Of a DNA stretch of 64,000 bases, positions 47,576 to 62,431 are shown one piece after another. The translations under genes and the position numbers were made by a program. Origin of the DNA: the human T2T-CHM13v2.0 reference genome, Homo sapiens. Positions within the stretch are counted from its first letter, which is position 1. Each line of letters begins with the position of its first letter. The notes under the pieces are model-generated. The model did no database searches. It worked only from the letters and a program-made list of their open reading frames with translations, and had not been told where the DNA came from. The stretch lies in the NCBI RefSeq assembly GCF_009914755.1, contig NC_060937.1. One strand, 5' to 3'.

Positions 47576-50500
47576 ACAATAGAGGTTTCTTTACATTATG
47601 ATGACTACTCAGCCTTTTAAGTGACAAAGCATCTTTTAGGTGGAGACCATGTATTTCTAGTGATCAATTCAAATTAGTACGACTTTCCCTAGAAGAGTCC
47701 TTTCCTGATATTTGCAGGGTTAGGCCAGTCCCCTGGCCTAATCCAGTGCTGTGCAAAAGAACCGTGCCAGACGGGGAAAATGGTTAACAATATTTGGCTT
47801 CTCAATCAGCATCATTCTTTTCAACAAATAAAGAAAATGGGAGAAGGAAATAGAATAAACTTATTCAAAGAGAAGTACGTCCACTGTTAGTATCGATTTT
47901 ACTGGCAAGCCTCCTAAGTTACAAGCAAATGTGAGGATAGCGACATGGTCTGTCTTCGTGGCCTGGTGCTGTGGGCAGGACACGCGGATCAGAGTCAGAG
48001 TGTAGTTCTAGGGCCACGTTATTTAAATTCTTATAATCAGCTTTACCATCTTTTCAAAGAAAAAAAAAGATGAGGGGGAACAGGATACAGGCAGCAATCC
48101 TCTCACGGTTTGTGGTTTTGTGTACGTGAAATAAGTTCCTTGGCAGAGCTGAGAACCGAAAAAGGCTTCCTTCCGTGACTAAAAGTGTTTACCAGCTGCT
48201 GCAGAACTGTGGGCCCGTGATTTAGCTGAGGAACTCATGATTTAGCTGGAGAGAGAAGTCCAGATCTGTGACTTTGCAAATAATTCCCAAATGACATCAG
48301 TGTGGCCCTGACTACAAGTCTCCAGTGAGTAAGGAAAAATACCTGGGGGCTCCTCAGGGAATATTTCAAGTAAAAGGGAACTAACTGGGCCATGTATGCT
48401 TTGGACTGGCCAGAGCCGTGGAATAAGAGTCTGTGAGGTGGAGAGCAATGCAGGACCAACATGCAGGCAGAGCTGGAGACGGCAGGATGGCAGAGAGCAG
48501 CATCGTACAAGACCTGACAGGGACGGAGGCCAACGCCGGGATCGGAGGGCAATGAGGCTTGCCAGGAACAGTGGCGTCGGCTTCAATCCAGAGCCGAAGA
48601 GTTCTGATTTGATCTGATGTGATAGGCAAATGGGAAACTGCTTTGTAAACAGGGCCATGATGTGAGGAAATGGTATTCTCAGAAAGACTGACCTGGCCAC
48701 AGTGGTGTGCAAGACAGGCTGCAAGGGAGAGAAAGAATAGTCTGGAAGGCTGGCTGGGGAGGCCAACCCAAGCTAGGTTGCCAAGGAGTAATGAGGGTGG
48801 CCTGGATGTTAATGCAGAGGGAGGGAGAGGAGCGGAAGGTGGCCCAGGGGATGAGTCTAAGAAAACCCCCGGCTGGCAGTGCTGAGGGAGGCAGAAGCCG
48901 CGCTGGTCAGGTGGCAGGTGTGGGGGCCAATGTACACATAGCTGAGCAATTAATAAAAGGAAAAAGGGCCTTCTGTGTTTGAACCACCTCAATTGTAAAG
49001 CCATCTGGCATTCTCTGGGAGCAGGGGAGGTTAGGGCAGCCCAATGAACAATGTGAAGATAAGCATTTATGAACTGCTCTTCCTTTCTTCAGATTTTAGC
49101 ACTTTGCAGTGACCTACTAGGCAAAGACTTCTACATTTTTTGGAATCATTTCTGTGTCCTTTGGGGTAATGTTCTATGAAAAATGTCAGTGACTGGAGCA
49201 CAACAGCATCCTTCACTGATCTGCCCAACATCAGAAAAGCCAAATAATGCGGTTCTTATGTTCCCTTCTGAGATGTTTGTTCTTTGTTATTAGCATCCAT
49301 GAAAGAGGGTAGCCTCTGCCCCTAGAGCAGCTGGTGACCTGAAGTGGGACACTACTCTCTAGAGAAGGGCTGGGACAGACAGAGCCAAAGGGTGGGTCAG
49401 GGAAGGCCATGTGATGCTGCCCGTCCCGGGGCATGGCCTTGTGACATATACCTGGCACACCCGGCTCCACATGGGAAGTCAGGGGTGGGGCGCGGATTTG
49501 GTTGGCTGCAGTAGCTGCTACAGGAATGAGAATGCAGAAAGTTTAGAGGGTACTTTCAGGTCTAGGCTTGTGACCCAAGCAACCGCTAAGGAATCCTGCC
49601 ATTGCCTAAGGTCATCGTTGGTTTTTAAACTGGACTCACACCAAGCAGCAAACACCGACGTTCCAATTTTCCAGCCAGACATGCGACAGACAATGACTAT
49701 CAACTGAGCTAACCTTTACTGTCAGGATGTCTGGCGTATTTCACACTTTTATTTTGTAGCCAATCTTAATGGGAAAAAAAATCACTACATGTTGATAATA
49801 AACAGGTTTTGTGTCACCTTGAGGGAATGATCAACAACAACTGCTGAGCTTATTGGCTATGAAGTACTAGAAATGAAAAAGCAGAGAGTGAGAAAGAATA
49901 GAAACTGGAAAACCTTGAGGGGGGTGAAAGGTCATCTGTGAGGGAGAAGAATATTGGAGAAGAAACAGCAAAGATGACAGATCCACAGCAGGGATTCCCA
50001 ATCCTGGTTTTGTAAGAGCCCAAGTATTATACCAACTACCTCAGAAGTCAAAGAATTCTCAGAAATTCAAGGAAAAGTTAGCTTCACATCAGTTTAGTTT
50101 AAAATATGCCGTTAGGGAACGTTAAGAACAAAGATACAAATGTTGGTCAATCTGTCCCCAAGGTACTGAAACTTCAGAAAGATTGGATGACTGGATTAGG
50201 AGAAGACAATCATTTTAATCATTAAACTTATTTTTATGTAAACATAAATTGCTGACAAATATCAGTATTCTCCATCATAAATAAAATCTTTTTCTGGGAA
50301 AGATTTTAAAAGGTTTCCCTTGGATGGTTGCTCCAGCAAAGAAAACAATGTAGACAGATTTCTCCTTCCCACTTCTGTGAACAGGTAACTAAGAACTGAA
50401 ACCCACCCCACCCCACATTCAATCCAGTTCCTAATTAGTCAGGCTTTCCTGCAATGGGCCGCAGAAGAGTCAGAAGTAAGGCTCCGGGGTTCCCCAGGGA

Positions 50501-50708
50501 TAAGTTATGACATATACTTGACTTTCCCATCCCTGGAAAGGGTGGAGAAGTGCAGAACAAGTCCCAGCACAGACCTATAAACCCCTCCCTCGGAATACGC
50601 CCGTGATTGAGTGCCTGGTTGAAACTGTGCAAGTTCAGAAACCACCACTTGAAATTCAAGTACGGAAAACAGAAAATCAGGAACATCTCATTTAAAACAT
50701 TCATCCAT

Positions 50709-50993
50709 GTTTTTTTTTTTTTTGAGACAGAGTCTCACTCTACTGCCCAGGCTAGAGTGCAGTGTCGCGATCTCACTGCAACCTCCACTTCCTGGGGTCA
50801 AGGGATTCTCGTGCCTCAGCCTCCCAAGTAACTGGGATTACAGGCATGTGCCACTGTGCCCAGCTAATTTTTATATTTTTAGTAGAGACAGGGTTTCACC
50901 ATGTTGGCCAGGCTGGTCTCAAACTCCTGACCTCAGGTGATCCGCCCGCCTTGGCCTCCCAAAGTGCTGGGATTACAGGCGTGAGTGCCTGGC
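50709..50993 (-). mobile_element. AluS
   Basis: Antisense Alu; CATCCATG flanking repeat. Confidence 0.92.
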
Positions 50994-51345
50994 CCATCCA
51001 TGATTTTTATAACCAAATTATAATTCAAAAATAACTGCAGTTTAAGAAGACAGAAATGCAATAGATAACTCCCAATGTCCAGTTAAGCAACTTGGCACTC
51101 ACACAGCTTCCATTCCCATTACCTGCTTCTCTGCTACTTTTTCTTTCTCCCACCTTGACGCCCCACAATCCATCTGCCCCAGTGAGAACCTGAATCAGAA
51201 GCCTTGGGTGATCATTCTGGATCAGGGACCAGCAGTGCAATGCAGCAAGTCACTGGTGGGCAATGACGGCAGATTCTGTGAGACCAGGGATGGATGTGCT
51301 AAAGTTCTGGGTAAGTGTAGGAGCACCATAAAAAGTAATGGGCCA

Positions 51346-51641
<296 letters not shown>

Positions 51642-52924
51642 TAACAGGCCATACAAATCCATCGTTTTTATTTCCATGCCATCTTTATTTGATCCTTTAA
51701 CTCTGTTTTTCAGTTTAAATGTTAAGTGTCCCTACCAACTGAGGCACTTTTGTGGTTATTCAAAGCCTCAGGACTGTCCCTTCTCTTCTGAGGAGCTCTA
51801 AGCTACAAGATGTGTGAATGAACAGCTGCAGGCATCTACCTGCACCACCTCCTGCCTCCATTATTGTCCCTCCTCCCAATTCTGAAGGGGCCAGGGGTCT
51901 TAAATTTTAAGGTTTTTGGAGAAAAAAGTTTTATTTAACCTATAAAATTAACCTATGTTAAATTGGTTAAATAAAACTTTTAAAACATAGGTTAAAGAAA
52001 GTCAGCCAAGTTCACAATACCCAAATGAAAACTGAGGCAGTTGAAAAATGACAATTTGGTTCTTCATTTTCATTGTTAAGTATTCCAGCAGAAAATTAGA
52101 AAAGAACTGCATATAAATGTGAGCTAATCTGTTTGTCTACATATTTCTTTTAAAATTAAATATAATAAAGATATATGCAGTAAAAACAGCAGCATTCATT
52201 TCTACAATGACTGCAACCCTGGTTTAAAAGAAAAGATAGTGAAACGTTTTTGCTCTACACTACTATCAGGAAATGAAAAGTGGAAAGGCAGTGATCTGAC
52301 CATGCTTGAGAAATTCCAAAGGCTTTCAAAAATATCAGAATAACGTGGAAACTAATTCTGGATGTGCTAATTACATAACACAACCTTGCAAACAAGTGCA
52401 CAAAAGTAAATCTTAATTTCCTAACCATTTTACTCTTCCTCGTAGTGACAGCTTGGGAGTTAAAGTAATGAAATAACCCTATCCTTCTCAACTGGCAAAT
52501 TTCCATGTAGCTGAGTGACCAGCTTTATACCCCATGCAAGGTACCTTTTCCTAAGCCAGGGAAGAGCGACCTTGAATGTTATTGACACCCCCTTAAGAAT
52601 GTAAAACAGGAAAAGGAGGAGGGCAAAAGGGTGATTTGTAAGGCAGAAGAGTAACAGAATAGCTGTTGCAAGTTTAGTCACTGCAGTTTGCTTAGAATAG
52701 CTGTTGGAGGTATAGATGAAACATGGGTAAGTGAAAATAGCATATTTAACATACAATCAACCTCCCCAACAATTCCAAAGCCAATTTTTCTAAAGGAATA
52801 AATACTCTTGTTAAATAATATTCTAACACTAGCAGTACATTCCCCACCATTCTCTATATATCTAAGTCCTGTTTAATCACAATCACCAAAGACCAGTGTG
52901 GGGACTGTGAAAATGCCCGTGTTA

Positions 52925-53110
<186 letters not shown>

Positions 53111-53976
53111 TTATTTCACTGCTTCCACAAAGTAGGTTAAGAATCAAAAATGAAAAAAAAAGGAAGAGGCAGCCTACCCGTAGGAGAGGCAAGCATTAAG
53201 TTAACCAACATCCTTCCAGAACATGTGGGCCAGAATTGCAGTAAGATTGCCATGAGTACCCTGGCGTGAGCACCTGCCCCAGTTCACTAGAGCTTTAATA
53301 CTCACAGAAATCAAGGGGTATGAGGGGAATGTAAGAAACAGACACTTGTATTTTTTAAATAATTATTTTCTTTTTTGATTATAAAAGTAAAACATGTTCA
53401 ATTTGAAAAATATAGAAAAATATAAATATAAAAGTACTCTGAATATCAGAGGCATTTTTTTTCTATTTCTATATAGACATAGAGATATGTACCTATAGCA
53501 TTTTTTTACTGACCATGTTGTATAAGCAGTTCTGTATCTTGCTTCATTTTACCATTACACATAGCAGTTTTCCATGTCATTAAAAATTCTTTGTATACAA
53601 TACATCATCTCCAGCATATATACTTGGCATAATTTATCTAATCATTAACTTACGATTTGATTAGTAAATTCTGTTACACCTATTTTTTTTATTAAAGTTA
53701 TCCTCTTTTTATATGTATATGTATCTTCTTAACTAATTCTGTAAGACAGTTACAGGAATTGTTGGTTCCTCAGGGAAATTCCCTAGGAGTAGAACTACAG
53801 GTCAAAGGGTATAAAAGCTTTTAAGCTTCCTCAGGAAAGCTTGTAACAATTTATATTCCAAAAGGTATGTGACAGTGCCCTGGAAGAGAAATTTTCTGAA
53901 CAGCTGCAATTTAATTCAAGGAAAAAGAGACTTAACCTTTACTTTAATGAAGACATCCAAGCAGCTAAACTTTTCA

Positions 53977-54504
<528 letters not shown>

Positions 54505-54986
54505 TTAATTTATAAACTGTCTCAACTGGACACTGACATGTACTTGTGGCACCGAGTCTTTCCTCTCAAAGTGCTTCACATTCATAAATCCTCACAACAC
54601 AGGCAGAGAAGTGTTTATAAAATGCATTCTTATACAATGTACATGATTTTATACAATTAGGTTATTGGTGTTATCTATACAAACAGTAATAATTACTATT
54701 AAATAAAATGTAACACAAAAGTATCTACTTTGCCCCAGCCATCTTTTCCAGCATTTGGGGATTTTTCTTATTGCAAATAACCTCTTTACTACAGCAACAG
54801 AGAAGGAACAATACCTCCTTTTAAATTTTGCAATTATGGAAGACCTTACTACGTACAGGTAAATGTCACAACATCAACACCCTGACTGTGAATTGCTACC
54901 AAAAATAAGGCTGAATTTGAGGGAGGTGGTTATTTTAATCAAATGATTGTATTTCCAGGACTACTATAGAAGTCTACATAATCTTA

Positions 54987-55214
<228 letters not shown>

Positions 55215-56142
55215 TCAGTTTTTTACAACATCTACTTCATTATACGAAAATATATGTAGCACAGCTTCCACAAATGAAATCTAAAAATTCAGGTGCAAAA
55301 AGCTAATCAACTTCCCCATTCCACCAAAGTCATTCTACAAAAGAATCTATTTGGAAAGTATAAACTGCATTCTACCTCAAAGCAACAAGGTGAAATTTAA
55401 ATGCATGCAGTTATAATAACTGGAAAATAAGTTTTTAATAAAGAGCAGAGAAAAGGCTGCTGGGAGTAATAGCAAAAACATTAGAATGAAGTCAAATATT
55501 AGAAGGCCACTTAACTCCCCTAGGTCTTAATTTCCTTATCTTTAAAATAATCACCAAGTTGATTTTTAAAAATCTTTGTTATTATTTATTGGGTAGCATA
55601 ATATACAGAAAAGTTAATAAAACATATATGTACAGTTTTACAAATTAGAAAGCACACACCCATGTACTACTACTTAAGTCAAGAAATATAACCTTATAAT
55701 CACCCCCCAAAAGGCCCTCACATATGCATCTTGCATACAAATGTTTAGTTTTTCCTGTTTTTGAAATTTAAATAAATGGAATCATACAGTTTGTACTCAT
55801 TTCATCTGTATTTTCCAGCATGTTGTCTCTTAGTGTTATATTCTGAATAGTGACTTCTCATTTATCTTCTGGTTTACTAATTTTACTAATTTGCTGTGTT
55901 CAAACTGCTACAAAATTTGTCCACTGAATTTTCATATTGATAATCATATTGTTCATTTGGATCTTTTCAAATCTTCTATAATCCCTGCAGATTATTTTCA
56001 AGCTCATTTTAATTTCTTCAAATAATAAATACAGCTGTCTTATAATTGGTGTCTGATAATTTTAATGCCTGATATTTAGTAATCCGTTCTTGCTGTCTGT
56101 TGTTTCTTCTGGTTCCCATTCATGGTACCTTGTTTCCTTGCA

Positions 56143-56781
56143 TAGCAAGCCCCCCTTATCTGCAGGAGATACATTCTAAGACTCTCGTACTGAACCTGTA
56201 TATACTGTTTTTCCCTATACGTATATACTTATGATAAAGTTTAATTTGTAAGTTAGGCATAGTAAGAGATTAACAACAATAACTAATAATCAAAGAGAAC
56301 AATTACAAAATGTACTGTTCACAATGTCACAGATAGAAGATTTGTTCTTACCATAAATCTTAACAACCTCAGCATGGAAACTCTCCATTTTTCATTTAAA
56401 GCAAGAACCGTATGGTTTCTCTTTGGCATATCCAAATTGCAAGCATCACTACTCTTGCACTTTGGGGCCATTATTAAGTAAAATAAGGGTGACTTGAACA
56501 CAAGCACTATGAAACCAAGAGAGTCAATCTAATAACTGAGACAGCTACTAAGTAACTAACGGGTGGGAGTGTCTATGGCAGAGATGCTGGACAAAGGGAT
56601 GGTTCATGTCCCAGCTGGGATGGAGCAAGATGGTGAAATATCACCCTACTCAGAATGGCACACAATTTAAAACTTATGAATTGTTTATTTTGGAAATTTT
56701 ACATTTATACTTTCAGACCACAGTCAACTGCAGGTAACTGAAACTTGAGAAAGTAAAACCAAGGATAACGGGAGACTACTG
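56143..56781. mobile_element. MER44/Tigger7-like DNA transposon
   Basis: Terminal inverted repeats CCCCCCTTATC / GGATAACGGGAGACTACTG followed by TA. Confidence 0.75.
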
Positions 56782-57501
56782 TATATCTGGTTATCTCTGA
56801 CTATGTGCTGCCTATTGCCACTGAACAATTATTTTGGTTAATTCTCTCAGGCCTAGGATAAAGGTGCCTTCCCCTAGAAAGGATCTGCATTAACTTCTAT
56901 CATGCCCTTAAGGCACTTGCCATCCAGTACCTTGAATAAATTCAAGGGTTGAGATTTCTTGGACCGTTCAGTCTTGATGTGAATTAAACTACAAATCCAT
57001 GGTTACAACCTTTTGGGGAGAAGTTTTATTTATTTTCTTCCTTTTTTCCTCCTTGCTTCACTCAGAGCAAGGAATTTTTCTAGTCAATCCCTTATGAAGT
57101 GGCTAATCCCTACTACTAATGCCAACTACAGCCATCAGTCACTCTTTAGTGTAAGAATCACAGAATGCTAAGAGTTGGCGGGGGGATGTTGGACACAAGG
57201 TTTAGTCTTTCAATTCATAGATCAAGAATCCAAAGTTCAGACAGACTTGCCAAAGTCCACAATCAGTTCGTCAGTGTTTACTGGGCTTACAGCGTTGTCA
57301 TTCATACATCTAAAATGCCAATGATTCCTAGATTCCATCTGCCACATCACCTTATGCTGGCATTCAGATACATTCATGTTTTATGGTATCCAAAACATAG
57401 TCAATTTCACAGGAAGAGCTAGCAACTCTCAACCAATTAAACAATGTTCTCAAGGGCAGCTGCGAATAAAGCTGAAATTCTACATGGGGTTCCTAGGTTA
57501 C

Positions 57502-57652
57502 CTGTTGTTGCAAGGACAATATGTGGACCACTCCCATAGCTGAGGCAGGCTATTTTTTTGCCATTTAAAGAATCCAGTCTCCGAGGTTCAATGGTGCTCT
57601 GGACGTCACCTAACCCCAAACAGCCACAGCAGTTTGTGCCAAGCACAAAAAT
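57502..57652 (-). CDS. RCBTB2: RCBTB2 exon (RCC1 repeat)
   Basis: 151 bp; IFVLGTNCCGCLGLGDVQSTIEPRRLDSLNGKKIACLSYGSGPHIVLATT. Confidence 0.96.
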
Positions 57653-57882
57653 CTATGGGAAAAACCACTGTTAGTTCAAGCAGTTCTATTTCTAACAAAT
57701 CTATAAATTACATCCAAACAGGAATCATCTTCCTTAAGCAAACTGCTTCTTTATATAATAAATAAAACCTAATTTCCATGCTTTTTTTTTTAACCTTTTA
57801 TTCCTTAGTTCCCCCAAGATCTTCAATTTGGCAAATCCATTTCTAAAAATGTGAGTAGCTGATTTATTTTCTTCAAAATTAC

Positions 57883-58038
57883 CTCATCATTTACTGTAGT
57901 GTATAAAACTTCATTGCCAGCACTGCCAAAGACACAAGCCTGACGAATTAACTGTAGTTCTTCTTCAGAACAAAGGGAAAAAATTGGCCACTTTCCCACA
58001 TCTAACATCTTCAAAGATGACAGAGTAGCCTGTACTGG
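57883..58038 (-). CDS. RCBTB2: RCBTB2 most 5' coding exon in the window
   Basis: 156 bp; PVQATLSSLKMLDVGKWPIFSLCSEEELQLIRQACVFGSAGNEVLYTTVNDE. Confidence 0.95.
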
Positions 58039-58385
58039 CTGAAAAGGAAAAAATATATGTTGAAATGACAAATTAAAAAGTGAATTTTCTCTGCCCCTTC
58101 AGTTCTGTAGAAGAGGGCGAACACTGGTTTTGGGAGGAACACACTGCATCCATTTTTGAGAGGCCTCTCGCAGCTGCAGGGATTGCCTCTGCCAGCTGCT
58201 TTTGGGCGGCTCACAGCCATCGAGCAGCGGAGGCCCGGATGGAACCAGGTCTCCCCTACTCATTGTCCTCAAGGACACAGGAGTCATCCAAAGCTGGGCT
58301 TCTGGGAACTGAATGTTCAGCAGATACTTTAAATATTGGCTATGTCTTAAAAGTAGCTGTGGAAACTAGGCTGGTTGTAAAAGCA

Positions 58386-58418
<33 letters not shown>

Positions 58419-58610
58419 TGCCATGTCATCTGCTCTCTAAGTCAAGAACAATGCTTGGTAAAGAACAACGCTGAAAGTGACACCAAGGAAATGGTCCGAA
58501 GTTTTAGTTCATGGGCAAGCTTTACTTGGCCTTCAGTTTAAGGAATTGGTGGGTTTCCTCATCCCTCAAGGAAGTTTGGGGGTTGACAGGAATTAACACC
58601 CAGAAAACAC

Positions 58611-59029
58611 GTGTACTTGTTTGTTAAGGCAGCCGTAACAAAGTAGTGACAAACGAGGTGGCTTAACCAACAGAAATTTACTGTCTTATGGTTCTGGAAA
58701 CTGGAAGTCCAAACTCAAGGTATCAGCTAGCTAGCTCCTTCTGAGGGCTGTGAGGGAAGGATCTCTTCCAGGCTGTGCTTCTCAGCTTGTGGATGGCTGT
58801 CTTCTCCCTATGTCTGTTCACATCATCTCCCCCCATGCCCTGCATATCTCTGCATCTAAATTTCCCCTTTTTATAAGGACACCAATTATATTGGATTAAG
58901 GTCCACCCTAATGACCTCATCTTAACTAACCACATCTGCATTGACCCCATTTCCAAATAAGTTGCACTGTGAGGTACTGGCTGTACTTCAACACATAAAT
59001 GTTGCAGGGTCACAATTAACCCCCTAACA
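58611..59029 (-). mobile_element. MLT1 (MaLR) LTR
   Basis: GGCTTAACCAACAGAAATTTA...TTATAAGGACACCA...ACATCTGCA...TTTCCAAATAAG. Confidence 0.8.
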
Positions 59030-60077
59030 GCATACATTAAGATCACGAGCACCCACACTCCTATAAGAGGAAGTTATAAATTTGTTTGAAAGAGTTTTAC
59101 CTATTTGCTACTTAGGAGGCATTTTTATTGATATACTTTTCAACTTGCCAACATTTTGTAGGTTATAATAAGATACATAAACAGCCAATATGTCTATCAA
59201 ATGGCATGTCTGCTATTTCCCACAGCATCAACAAACTTACACATTATTTAAAGCAACAAAGATTTTCTAAGGCCTCTCTTTCCCATCAGTTATTAAATCA
59301 ACCTTACCGGGAATGTGGTCTGGTGTATAACTGAGTGGACTATCCACTTACCTTCTACAGATCTGAACACCTACTTGTCCCTTCCACCTTAGGAGAGCAC
59401 AAGTCAGCAACTCTGCTCTTCTCAAGTCCACACTATTAACTTAGTAAGCCTCCCCTGTCCTCATTACCATGAATTTCTCTGGGGCCACCTTCACAGACTC
59501 CTGAGTACACTTCAGGAGGACAGAGACCGAGTCTTTCACCACCATGTCATCCATCCCTTGAAAGGAGCTAACAATGCAATACCTACCTTTGTGTTGGTTA
59601 ATGAACAAGTAAATGAATGGCTGTGACTCATTTCCAGATTCACAGCCCTCCTTTCCATCTCATCCTCTGTAACTCCTTCACACGGAAGCCATTCCGAAAA
59701 CTGGGCCCCAAATCCCTGCTCTCGGCTCCAAGCTCTCCATTTCTACTTCACCTGAGCCATATCATCAAACACAACTTTGTTACTAAGTCCTCAAACTTTT
59801 AAGTTTCCTTCTGATCACGGCCAACAGTATTAACTTGTATCCAAAGTAAAGTTTGCAGTCAGTAAAGGGAAGCTAGGATGCACGGAGCAGCTGTCCCAAT
59901 GGCCACTGGACCTAAAGCAAAAACAAGCAGAGCCACCAGCTTTTTTCTTGTAAATAAAGCTTTGTTTTCAGGTTTCTATCTTTTCTGAATAATCTTCATG
60001 GCACTATTGAATGCTGTAGCTAAAAAGAGCTCAAAAGATAGTTTTCTGAGAAACCCGAAGAAACCCCAGAGAGGAGC

Positions 60078-60505
60078 TGCAGTGGGTTGAATGGCTTCCC
60101 CCCAAAGTCCAAATCCACCTAGAACCTCAGAAGGTGATTTTGTTTGGAAATAGGGTCTTTGCAGATGTAATGAGTTAAGATGGAGTCATACTGGATTAGA
60201 GTGGACCCTACGTCCAATGACTAGTCTCCTTAAAAGAAGACGAGAGGGCACACAGTGATGCACAGGGAAGAAGGCCAGGTGACAACAGACACAGGGACTG
60301 CAGTAATGCATCTGGAAGTCAAGGAGCAGCAAGGATTGCTGGGGGCCACCACCAGAAGCTGAGAAGATTCTTCCTGAGAGATATCAAGGGAGCATTGCCC
60401 TGATGATGCCTTGATTTCAGACTTCTAGCCTCCAGAACTGTGAGAAAAGAAATTTCTGTTGTTTGAATTGTAGTCATTTGTTACAGCAGCACAAAGAAAC
60501 TAACA
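60078..60505 (+). mobile_element. MLT1B/C LTR
   Basis: GGGTTGAATGG...TTTGGAAATAGGGTCTTTGCAGATGTAAT...GCCTCCAGAACTGTGAGA. Confidence 0.8.
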
Positions 60506-60755
60506 GAGAAGACAAGCAGCTTGTCCCTGCTATCAGCATCACCCTGTGAGTTAATGGCAGAGCCTGTACCAGGGCTAAGCTCTCCTGATGCCAAATCTAG
60601 TCATGTTCCCTCACGTGCCACTTGGATCATAAGACCTTGCCCTAAAAAGGACACCTTCTGTTATCTTTTGGGCAACACCAACAGTTGGTTCTCCCATTCA
60701 CTTTTGAAACAGTGCTTACTGTTTCTGCATTTACTTTAATTACAGAGTACTTTGC

Positions 60756-60792
<37 letters not shown>

Positions 60793-61289
60793 TTTACCTC
60801 TTAGAGGTAGGAAAATCCACAGGCATTTCCTACAGGACAACCTTAATTTGGAATTTGGAATTCAAAAAAAAATCTCACATATGTAAGAAGTTCCAGTTAT
60901 ATGCAAGTGTAAAACTATGTCCCCAATTTTATTATATATATAATTTTAGGAACACAGTGTTCTATGGTGATGTTACATTAATTGAGGAATCCAAGAATCT
61001 TTATTTAAAATTTGTATTTCTTCTCTATGACACTTGGTTTACTGAAAAAAGAGCAACTTGCCCAAGGCCACAATAGAGCTAAGGATGGAATTTTGTTACG
61101 TTAGCTTTTAGTTAAGCTTCTACTTTAAATTACCCCACCACCCAATATCATGAAGAAATCTTATTTTCTATGAGGCCTTCGTTTTTAATTTTTTTCCTAT
61201 TTTAAGTCTGTAAATTTCCAAAAGAACAAGGTTTAGGAAGTGGAACAAGTATTTAATGTAGATGTTAATAATCTAATAATGTCTATATC

Positions 61290-61455
61290 TTATATCTTAT
61301 TTCTGATCTTCACAACAATTGTAGGACATAGATATTATTATCCTCATGTTACCTATGAGGAAACTGGGGCACAGGGAGACTAAGTAATCTTTCAAGATCA
61401 CTAGCTTCTCAGTGGATGAGCCAGATTAAAGCCCAGAGTTCTTTCCACATATCAT
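61290..61455 (-). mobile_element. MIR
   Basis: TTATTATCCTCATGTTACCTATGAGGAAACTGGGGCACAGGGAG core. Confidence 0.7.
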
Positions 61456-62190
61456 CTGATTGTTGAGTAAAAAGTTTACATAAACTGTGATACTGCTGGT
61501 AGACCTAGTGTTTGCTTGCATCTGCAGGGCTTTGGCTATTCTCAGACTCCTTAAGGAACAGGCAATAATACCTACTGTGGGTTGTCTTCCACAAACAGCA
61601 CACATGGAAAGATACAATGACTGACGGCTATTTCATTTTTCCCTTGCAAGCAGAGTTTTATATTTCGTCCTGCTCTGCTATAAAATCAAGTGGTTTTCTG
61701 GATGTCTAGAATCAGGCTGTAAATTCCAGCCAGCTCTTACATACCTGTCTACAAATGATTAGTTCTAGGCTTTCTTCCTGGCCCACCTGTATAAAAACCT
61801 ATGGTACCCAGCCCGTAACTCTACTGGCTACTGGGATTCCAATGCGTGTGTTTTCTTTAATGAAACCTCCAGTCTGTAAGTTTTATGAAATGATGCTACA
61901 AGTCAAGAGAATGTGGGATCTGATAGTATCATTGACTAAGGTACAAAAATAAGACATGATCATTCTCTTCAAGGAGGTCACAATTTAATAGAAAACAAAT
62001 AATTACAATATAACCTAAGTACAACAGAGATGTGAATACATTGCTTTTAATTTCTGGCAGAAGGCTGGCTGTTGGAAGTTAGTCATCAAAGACTCAATTT
62101 TTAAGTTTGTTAGGGCAACTATTACATAGGGAACTGATGACTAAATTTATAAAATGCATGTATTTGCATTTTTTGAAGTACATATTTAAT

Positions 62191-62431
62191 ACAGGCTGAG
62201 CATCCCTAATTCAAAAATCTGAATCCAAAACCCAAAACTTTTTGAGCACCAATTATGATGTTCAAAGGTCCTGCTCAAAGGAAATGTTCATTAGAGCATT
62301 TCAGATTTCAGGTTTTCAGATTAAAGATACTCAACTGGTAAGTATAATGCAAATATTCAAAAATTAAAAAAAAAATCTGAAATCCAAACACTTCTGGTCC
62401 CAAGCATTTCGGATAAGGGATACTCTACCTG
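62191..62431. mobile_element. MER46/Tigger4 MITE
   Basis: TA-CAGGCTGAGCATCCCTAAT ... GGATAAGGGATACTCTACCTG inverted ends. Confidence 0.8.

Noticed and set aside
48235-49004. Cluster of long ORFs (up to 207 aa) in the large RCBTB2 intron
   Set aside because: No domain similarity, several frames open at once, and the sequence resembles degenerate antisense L2
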